Source: a virus
Taxonomy: Duplodnaviria; Caudoviricetes
DNA: 24,421 nucleotides
IMG/VR virus record: IMGVR_UViG_3300037483_000526
Coordinates: 1 to 24,421 of that record
Reading direction: 5' to 3' (one strand)
Shown here: positions 1-6,538 of the stretch, piece by piece
Layout: each line of letters begins with the position of its first letter
Position numbering within the stretch: position 1 is the stretch's first letter
Made by a program: the position numbers and the translations under genes
Notes under the pieces: model-generated
Seen by the model: the letters and a program-made list of their open reading frames with translations, nothing else
Database searches by the model: none
What the model was told of the DNA's origin: nothing

Positions 1-2
1 TT

Positions 3-257
3 GGTGTTAGATTTTCTGATGCTCTTGCTCAAATACACTTAGACCAAGGACATCGATATTTCTCTAGGACTGCCCACCCACGTATGATTTGGTACAGAGA
101 AAATTCACCGTTATGGAAACCGACAAGTAAACATAAAAAATTACGTAAAGATATTACACATGATAATATATTTAATAATCATTATGCTGATAATAAAAGA
201 GTTTGTGGTAGCTTTGAGTATATTGGTTCGATTAATGACTTCGCTGAATCATCATGA
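3..257 (+). CDS. 3' end (partial) of a GNAT-like acetyltransferase domain, probably of the phage ABC-ATPase/GNAT fusion family
   Basis: Not in the ORF track. Frame from nt 3 reads GVRFSDALAQIHLDQGHRYFSRTAHPRMIWYRENSPLWKPTS...RVCGSFEYIGSINDFAESS*, with TGA at 255-257. The G.RYFS.TAHP...YR..S..W...SFEY.G pattern matches my recollection of the C-terminus of that family. Confidence 0.6.
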   Translation, partial: GVRFSDALAQIHLDQGHRYFSRTAHPRMIWYRENSPLWKPTSKHKKLRKDITHDNIFNNHYADNKRVCGSFEYIGSINDFAESS

Positions 258-1170
258 ATGTATCGTTAAGTCTATTTGCCCCCATTTTAGCCCAGAATGC
301 TCTACTTTCTGGTGTAGGTGTTACTAGAATTGTTTGGAATAGCTCAAAGTCATTAAAAATAGTATGAATAACTTCATTGATGATTTTCATATAGAAAGTG
401 TTATAATCTGGACTCAATTCAATTAGTACTATTTCTAGTGCTTTATCCATAGTTTCACTTGGTGAAACAACAATCTGCCCAGCATCTCTACCATTATATT
501 GTATAATATATGTAGATGTGTCTGGTGTTTCATCAATGACACTAAGTTCCACATTTTCCCTAAATAATCTTTGTATATTAGCTTTAGTTGATTCCTTTAT
601 ATTCCATTTCGCCTTACCATCCTTTTCTAATTTAGTCAAACGGCTATAATAATCAGGTATTTCAACTAGATGGTCCATAGCAATTTCTTGTGCTAATTTT
701 TTAGAATTAGCATGTTCCATTTCAACCTTAATACCCATCTCCAATTCCTTATTTATTTTTTGTAAACTAAGACCAAATTTATCTGATATATCTTTTTTGG
801 TCATCTTGTCAGCTAACCCACCCTTAATTTTATTTGTATTTTCATTCATAGTTCTTGGATATCTAATCATCGAGTCACGAAACTCATAACTTTTATGGTG
901 TCCTTTATTCTGTTTAAAACCAAACTTCTTATAAAATTGAACTAATCTATTTTTATTTCCACCAAAATCATTTGATGGGGTTAGAGCAATAATTTGTTTA
1001 TTTTTATCGGCATAATTGATTAGCTCATTCATTATTTTACTACCTATACCTTCTTGTCTAACATTTGGTTTAATTATAATTCTAGATAATATTAAACTAG
1101 TTGAATTTTCATAGATGTCTAAACCATCTATGAAATCACCATATCTACTCTTTAAAATATCTTCTATCAT
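232..1170 (-). CDS. Multidomain protein: GNAT acetyltransferase + DUF5661-like + second degenerate GNAT-like domain
   Basis: Acetyl-CoA motif RQEGIGSKIM and RLVQFYKKFGF; central MGIKVEMEH...EIAMDHLVEIPDYYSRL (DUF5661-like); C-terminal TPTPESRAFWAKMG. Start moved from 1206 to ATG 1170 because 1196-1217 is a terminator and TATTTATA lies at 1181-1174. Confidence 0.75.
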   Translation of the reverse strand: MIEDILKSRYGDFIDGLDIYENSTSLILSRIIIKPNVRQEGIGSKIMNELINYADKNKQIIALTPSNDFGGNKNRLVQFYKKFGFKQNKGHHKSYEFRDSMIRYPRTMNENTNKIKGGLADKMTKKDISDKFGLSLQKINKELEMGIKVEMEHANSKKLAQEIAMDHLVEIPDYYSRLTKLEKDGKAKWNIKESTKANIQRLFRENVELSVIDETPDTSTYIIQYNGRDAGQIVVSPSETMDKALEIVLIELSPDYNTFYMKIINEVIHTIFNDFELFQTILVTPTPESRAFWAKMGANRLNDTFMMIQRSH

Positions 1171-1192
1171 ACATATAAATATTAATACACAT

Positions 1193-1217
1193 AAAAAAAG
1201 CCACATATGTGGCTTTT
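1193..1217 (-). terminator. Intrinsic terminator downstream of clpC
   Basis: Perfect palindrome AAAAGCCACATATGTGGCTTTT (1196-1217) with a T7 tail on the minus strand, 4 nt after the clpC stop. Confidence 0.8.
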
Positions 1218-1221
1218 AATA

Positions 1222-3720
1222 TTATGTCTTCTTTGGAATACCCCTTATAATAATATTGTCTGTTTTATCATCATAATCAATTCTAAGTGTATCACCCTCA
1301 CTAATTTTACCATTTAATACCTCATCAGCTATTGGGTCTTCAACATAACGTTGTATTGTTCTAGCTAGTGGTCTAGCACCGTATTCTGGGTCATAACCCT
1401 TTTTAGCTAAAAAATCAATGGCGTTTTTACCCAACTTTAATTTAAAACCAATTTCATTAATTCTTGATTCTAGACTTTCTAATTCATTATAAATAATTCT
1501 ATGGATATCACATTCTTTAAGTCCATTGAAGATTATGGTTTCATCGATTCTATTTAAGAATTCTGGCTTAAACTTCTTCTTAAGTGCTTTCTCAATAATT
1601 GTTCTAGCTCTTTCTTCTTCATTTGCAATCTCAGCACCAGTGTTAAAACCAACACTTTTACCAAAACTAGCTAATTCTCTAACACCTATATTTGATGTCA
1701 TTATAATAAGCGTATTTCTAAAATTAACCTTTCTACCTAACCCATCAGTTAAGTGACCTTCATCCAATAATTGTAAAAGTAAGTTAAATACATCATCGTG
1801 AGCTTTTTCGATTTCATCAAAAAGGATAACTGCATGAGGCTTTCTTCGAACCTTTTCAGTTAATTGACCACCTTCTTCATAACCCACATAACCAGGTGGT
1901 GGTCCAATAAGCCTACTAATAGAAAATTTCTCCATATATTCCGACATATCAATTCTAAGAAGATTATCTTCATCACCAAATACGTGTTCCGCAAGTAATT
2001 TCGCTAGGTACGTTTTACCGACTCCAGTGGGTCCTAGAAATATGAACGAACCAATTGGTTTTTTCTTATCCTTGATACCAATACGATTTCTTTTTATTGC
2101 CCTAACAACCTTACTTACAGCATTATCTTGACCTATTACTTTACCCATAAGGTCCTTATCTAACTCTAATAATTTTTTGGTTTCTTGTGTTGATACCTTG
2201 GATAATGGAATACCTGTCATTATTGACACAACTTCACTAACAAGGTCAACATCGACAACAGTTATATCGTTGTTCATTTTATTAACCCAATCAGCTTTAG
2301 CTTTAGATAATTTTTCATCAATTTTACGTTCCTCATCTCGTAACTCAGCCGCCATTTCATATTTTTGTTTATTGACAACATCCATCTTTTTGATTATAAT
2401 ATTTTCTTTATCTATCTCCAATTGTTTTATATCTTCTGGGACATCAACATTAACATTGGTGGCTGCACCAGCTTCATCTAATATATCAATAGCCTTATCT
2501 GGCATTGCCCTATCGGAAATATATCTATCAGCCAATTTAACACATTCTTCAATGGCTTCATCGGTATATTTGACCTTGTGGTGGTCCTCATATTTATCAC
2601 GAATGTTTTTAAGTATTGTTATTGTTTCCTCAATAGTTGGTTCTTCAATTAGTACCTGTTGGAATCTTCTTGTCAATGCTGCATCCTTTTCAATATTTTC
2701 ACGGAATTCATCAAGAGTTGTTGCACCAATTACTTGAACCTCACCTCTAGCTAATGCTGGTTTAAATATGTTAGATGCGTCTAACGACCCAGAAGCGTTA
2801 CCAGCACCTATCATTGTATGAATTTCATCGATAAATAATATAATATCTGAGTTCTTCCTAAGTTCCTCAAGAATAGCTTTCATTCTTTCCTCAAACTGAC
2901 CTCTATATTTAGTACCAGCAACCAACGAAGCTAAATCTAATGAATATAGTTTTTTGTTTAATAGTGTTATTGGTGCCTTACCATCTTTAATTAGTTGGGC
3001 TAGACCTTCTGCTATAGAGGTCTTACCAACACCAGCCTCACCAATAAGAATTGGATTATTTTTCTTTCTCCTTGAAAGAATTTGTGAGACCCGTTTTATT
3101 TCTTTCTCACGACCAACTATCAAGTCTACTCTACCATCCTCAACTGCCTTACTTATATCACGACAAAAATTATCTAATACTGGTGTTTTACTAGGACCAG
3201 TACTCTTACTCTTTTTCTTGGCTGGTTCATTTTCATAATCTAGATTAAATTCTTCCTCATTGTCACTATTCTGAATATCATTATCAAAAATTTCTTTACA
3301 CATATGTTTAAAACTTTTATAGTTAGCCCCCATACCAATTAATATTTTTTTTGTGGGTGTGGGATTCTTTAATATCGATAACATTAAATGTTGTGCGTCA
3401 ATTATGGTGTCACCAAGTGTATCACATTCATGGTCAACATTATCAAATATTTGTTTAGTTAATTTAGAAAACGGTAGTTTACTCTTCTTTCCAATTCTAG
3501 GCGTTAAATCACTTTTGTTTAGGTGTTCGTAGACTAAATCATATAGTACATTAGCATCAATTCCTAGTGAATCAAATATATCAACGCATTTGTTATTATT
3601 ATCTTTAATTATCGAAAGTGTGATATGTTCTGGCTTTACGTCGATATCATCCATTTCCTTAGCTATCACCATCGACTGATTGATGATTTCTTTAACTTTT
3701 GGTATAATTTCTTTATTCAT
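1222..3720 (-). CDS. clpC: ClpC-type Hsp100/Clp ATPase (phage-encoded)
   Basis: Clp-N domain; NBD1 (GEAGVGKT, LFIDEIH, AGTKYRGQFEER); UVR-like middle coil (QKYEMAAELRDEE); NBD2 (GPTGVGKT, LFDEIEKAH, GARPL); ClpP-docking loop VGF. Confidence 0.93.
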   Translation of the reverse strand: MNKEIIPKVKEIINQSMVIAKEMDDIDVKPEHITLSIIKDNNNKCVDIFDSLGIDANVLYDLVYEHLNKSDLTPRIGKKSKLPFSKLTKQIFDNVDHECDTLGDTIIDAQHLMLSILKNPTPTKKILIGMGANYKSFKHMCKEIFDNDIQNSDNEEEFNLDYENEPAKKKSKSTGPSKTPVLDNFCRDISKAVEDGRVDLIVGREKEIKRVSQILSRRKKNNPILIGEAGVGKTSIAEGLAQLIKDGKAPITLLNKKLYSLDLASLVAGTKYRGQFEERMKAILEELRKNSDIILFIDEIHTMIGAGNASGSLDASNIFKPALARGEVQVIGATTLDEFRENIEKDAALTRRFQQVLIEEPTIEETITILKNIRDKYEDHHKVKYTDEAIEECVKLADRYISDRAMPDKAIDILDEAGAATNVNVDVPEDIKQLEIDKENIIIKKMDVVNKQKYEMAAELRDEERKIDEKLSKAKADWVNKMNNDITVVDVDLVSEVVSIMTGIPLSKVSTQETKKLLELDKDLMGKVIGQDNAVSKVVRAIKRNRIGIKDKKKPIGSFIFLGPTGVGKTYLAKLLAEHVFGDEDNLLRIDMSEYMEKFSISRLIGPPPGYVGYEEGGQLTEKVRRKPHAVILFDEIEKAHDDVFNLLLQLLDEGHLTDGLGRKVNFRNTLIIMTSNIGVRELASFGKSVGFNTGAEIANEEERARTIIEKALKKKFKPEFLNRIDETIIFNGLKECDIHRIIYNELESLESRINEIGFKLKLGKNAIDFLAKKGYDPEYGARPLARTIQRYVEDPIADEVLNGKISEGDTLRIDYDDKTDNIIIRGIPKKT

Positions 3721-3725
3721 ATTTT

Positions 3726-3756
3726 CAAATATACTAAATTAATTCTATTATTACAA
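3726..3756 (-). promoter_or_regulatory. Bacteroidota sigma-A-type promoter for clpC
   Basis: Minus strand TTG (3756-3754), 20-nt spacer, TATATTTG (3733-3726); matches the -33 TTTG / -7 TAnnTTTG consensus. Confidence 0.55.
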
Positions 3757-3758
3757 GG

Positions 3759-3789
3759 TTGATTCTTAATTATAAATATTGTATATTTG
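3759..3789 (+). promoter_or_regulatory. Bacteroidota sigma-A-type promoter for KTSC-thyA
   Basis: TTG (3759-3761), 20-nt spacer, TATATTTG (3782-3789), about 40 nt before ATG 3830. Confidence 0.6.
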
Positions 3790-3829
3790 AACAATAATAA
3801 AATAACGTAAAAAGTAAATCTTAAAAATC

Positions 3830-4282
3830 ATGTTAATAAGTAGAACAGAAAATGATGGAGTTGTAAACGCACTCTACGAATCATCAAATATCCTAGCATC
3901 AAAATGGGATGGTAGTAACTTAACGGTAATCTTCAAACGAGGTGCATCATATACCTACAATAACGTATCTAAAACTGACTATGTTCGTTTTGAATCGGCA
4001 GATAGTCAAGGTGCGGTATTAAACGCTAAGATTAAAGCCTATAGTTACACTCAAAATGATTCAGTTACTGAAATTGGAATTATAAATGAAATCAATGAGG
4101 TTAAAGAAAAAACCCTTAAAAATTTCGAGGCGGGTGTTGTTGACCAGATGAGACTTATAGTTCAAGCATATGAGGTTAACCCAACCTTAACCAAATTAGC
4201 AATTGAAAGACTAGCCGAAATGCTTGTTAAACATGGTGAATTAGGTGGTCATGCTAAACTTAAACTTTGCGCTTGTGAATAA
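3830..4282 (+). CDS. KTSC domain protein with a C-terminal helical extension
   Basis: SSNILASKWDGSNLTVIFKRGASYTYNNV...F..ADSQGAVLN..IK follows the KTSC pattern. Confidence 0.75.
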   Translation: MLISRTENDGVVNALYESSNILASKWDGSNLTVIFKRGASYTYNNVSKTDYVRFESADSQGAVLNAKIKAYSYTQNDSVTEIGIINEINEVKEKTLKNFEAGVVDQMRLIVQAYEVNPTLTKLAIERLAEMLVKHGELGGHAKLKLCACE

Positions 4283-5327
4283 TATAGACAAATCATATCA
4301 AGACCTCTTACATAAGATAATCAACAAAGGTAAGATAAGGGGTGATAGAACTGGCACTGGTACTGTATCAATCTTCTCACATACACTTGAGATGGATATG
4401 GGTGAAGGGTTTCCACTCCTCACAACTAAGAAGATGTTTGTCAAAGCCATTATACATGAATTACTTTGGTTCTTAAAGGGTGACACCAACATAAAATATC
4501 TTGTAGATAATGATGTTAATATTTGGACATCAGACGCTTATAAGAATTATGTAAATGAAATGGCTAAAGATGAACATAGTTCTTGGTTCTCAATAGAAGA
4601 ATTCATAGACGAAATAAAAACCAACGATGAATTTGCTAATAGGTGGGGTGAATTGGGTCCTATATACGGTAAGCAGTGGCTTAACTGGGGTGGGTTCTTT
4701 TCATCTGGACATTGGAATTCAGAAATAAATGATACTGGTAAACATTTTAATGGTATTAATCAAATTCAAGAGGCGATAGATACACTTAAGGATAACCCAG
4801 AATCTAGAAGAATACTGGTTTCGGCTTGGAATGTAGATGAGATAAAGAATATGGTACTCCCACCTTGTCATTGGGCATTTGAACTATACACTGAGGAATT
4901 AACACATAATGAAAGAATGCGACAATTAATAGTGATTTTTCCAGATGTGGTCACATCAAGTGAGAATGTATTTAATTTGTTTAAAAAACATAATATACCT
5001 AAATATAAATTATCACTTAAATGGCATCAACGTTCAGTGGATACATTCTTAGGCTTACCCTTTAATATAACTAGTTATGGATTTTTATTGGAGATGTTAG
5101 CACAACAAACCAACATGGTTGCTGGGACACTCATTGGTGACCTTACAAATGTTCACATTTATAAAAATCATCTAGACCAATGTTCAGAACAATTAAGTAG
5201 GGTTCCTATGGAACTACCTAAACTTAAACTAAATAAGGCTAAAGATATATTCTCATACCAATATGATGACTTTAATATTGTGGATTATAAATCACATCCA
5301 CAAATAAAGGGTAAAATATCTGTTTAA
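4275..5327 (+). CDS. thyA: Thymidylate synthase
   Basis: DRTGTGT, FPLLTTKK, ELLWFLKG, LGPIYGKQW, catalytic LPPCH, QRSVD.FLGLPFN, HIYKNH. Probable start is GTG 4275 (MNNIDKSYQDLL), overlapping the KTSC stop; the track start is 4245. Confidence 0.95.
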   Translation: MNNIDKSYQDLLHKIINKGKIRGDRTGTGTVSIFSHTLEMDMGEGFPLLTTKKMFVKAIIHELLWFLKGDTNIKYLVDNDVNIWTSDAYKNYVNEMAKDEHSSWFSIEEFIDEIKTNDEFANRWGELGPIYGKQWLNWGGFFSSGHWNSEINDTGKHFNGINQIQEAIDTLKDNPESRRILVSAWNVDEIKNMVLPPCHWAFELYTEELTHNERMRQLIVIFPDVVTSSENVFNLFKKHNIPKYKLSLKWHQRSVDTFLGLPFNITSYGFLLEMLAQQTNMVAGTLIGDLTNVHIYKNHLDQCSEQLSRVPMELPKLKLNKAKDIFSYQYDDFNIVDYKSHPQIKGKISV

Positions 5328-5336
5328 AATATAACT

Positions 5337-5361
5337 AAAGCATCTAATCGATGCTTTTTTT
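5337..5361 (+). terminator. Intrinsic terminator after thyA
   Basis: AAAGCATC-TAATC-GATGCTTT followed by further Ts. Confidence 0.75.
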
Positions 5362-5410
5362 ATTATATGTGGATATTTATATCTATAAGGTCAATTTAAA
5401 TAATATAGAT

Positions 5411-5662
5411 ATGCCATTACACAACGGAATTAGTTCAATTATACATGAAGCCAGCAGCGCAAACACTACTGGTTATACATATATTCAAGTATATGCGGGG
5501 GCTGCGGCAACACCAACAATAAATGGGGTAGCGGTTAACATGGCTGCTGGTTCAACAATAGATGTAGTAGTGAAATCTATCAGTGCCACTTCAAATGTGT
5601 TTGTCATTGGGGATGTTATAAGTACTTCAAGTCCAAATGGGACTACTGGTCTAATATTATAA
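5411..5662 (+). CDS. Small Ala/Thr/Ser/Gly-rich protein, probable virion structural or decoration protein (83 aa)
   Basis: Beta-rich composition. Start moved to ATG 5411 because the upstream in-frame stretch covers the terminator and TATTTATA at 5374-5381. Confidence 0.6.
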   Translation: MPLHNGISSIIHEASSANTTGYTYIQVYAGAAATPTINGVAVNMAAGSTIDVVVKSISATSNVFVIGDVISTSSPNGTTGLIL

Positions 5663-5680
5663 CTTTACTAAAATACTTAA

Positions 5681-5688
5681 TATTTATA
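5681..5688 (+). promoter_or_regulatory. Putative phage late promoter TATTTATA (one of a family)
   Basis: The same octamer occurs on the sense strand before several structural genes: 5374, 5681, 10036, 12112, 14214, 16251, 17051 (TATTTATT); minus strand 1181-1174, 3778-3771, 23414-23407. Confidence 0.7.
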
Positions 5689-5705
5689 TAAAAAGATTAA
5701 TAAAC

Positions 5706-6518
5706 ATGGAAAACTCAAATATTAAACCAATCGGATTAAAAGGACAAGAGAAAATCAATCGTATGATTGATTTAATGAAGATTACACCTATCAAGGAAAA
5801 CGTAAATAGGTCAGTGGTTGAATTAACTAAGATTGGTCCAGATGGTAAATCATATGCTATTGTTAAGGAAAATCAAGAGTACTACATTAAAGTTAGTGAT
5901 AAAACAGATAACTTAATGACTGAGGATTTTAATTATATTGGTGGTCTCATGAATAAAAAAGACAAGGCTTATCCTTCGTATGCAAAGGCAACAAAACACT
6001 TGAACCTAAAATTCATGTCTTTGGCAGAATCATTAGGTCAAGAAAAAACATTTAATATACTCAGAAACGATAACTTAATTAAAGAAGGTAGTGATATTAA
6101 TGGTGGTGATGCTGTCGTTGATAAGAAGACTTCTGGTGATAATTTAGCTACTGGTGATAATATTGGTGAGGATGATTTCGAAAAAGCAAAAACTGATGGT
6201 ACTAAAGATGGTAACACTGGTACTCACTCTGAAAAACATGTCATGGAAGAAGTAGAATTAACTGAGGACGAGACTTATATTGATGAGATGTTAGACCCAG
6301 TTGGTAAAGAGGACGATGATGTTAACAATGACGGTGAAAAGGATGAGCAAGACGATTATATCAAGAACAAAAGAATCAGTATCTCTAAAGCAATGAATGA
6401 GATGGATTCTATCATTGATGGAATAGCTGGTGAGCATGGTAAAATTAATGAATTTCTTTCAAGTCTTACTGAGACTGAAAGAAAAATGCTTGAAAATACA
6501 TTAAAAAAAAAAGCTTAA
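5706..6518 (+). CDS. Acidic putative prohead core/internal head protein (N-terminal part of a possible frameshift fusion)
   Basis: 270-aa ORF after TATTTATA; many [ILM]-x-E sites; DxNNDG loop (DPVGKEDDDVNNDGEKDEQD); ends at an A10 run. Confidence 0.7.
   Translation: MENSNIKPIGLKGQEKINRMIDLMKITPIKENVNRSVVELTKIGPDGKSYAIVKENQEYYIKVSDKTDNLMTEDFNYIGGLMNKKDKAYPSYAKATKHLNLKFMSLAESLGQEKTFNILRNDNLIKEGSDINGGDAVVDKKTSGDNLATGDNIGEDDFEKAKTDGTKDGNTGTHSEKHVMEEVELTEDETYIDEMLDPVGKEDDDVNNDGEKDEQDDYIKNKRISISKAMNEMDSIIDGIAGEHGKINEFLSSLTETERKMLENTLKKKA
6503..6512 (+). other. A10 slippery site (candidate -1 frameshift or transcriptional slippage)
   Basis: TTA AAA AAA AAA GCT TAA in frame 0; the -1 frame is open from 6494 to 7633. 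Confidence 0.55.
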
Positions 6519-6538
6519 CCGAAACTAAATCAGACGGA

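Noticed and set aside
1526-3238. Plus-strand ORFs (1526, 2177, 2954) antisense to clpC, and similar antisense ORFs over other genes (6466-7149, 8260-8691, 10728-11150, 13695-14021 and others)
   Set aside because: Ser/Ile/Phe-rich mirror translations of real genes caused by codon bias; no independent signals.
4275-5327. ThyA-family protein as a dCMP hydroxymethylase or base-modification enzyme
   Set aside because: It retains the canonical ThyA motifs including the Asn in GLPFN that specifies dUMP.
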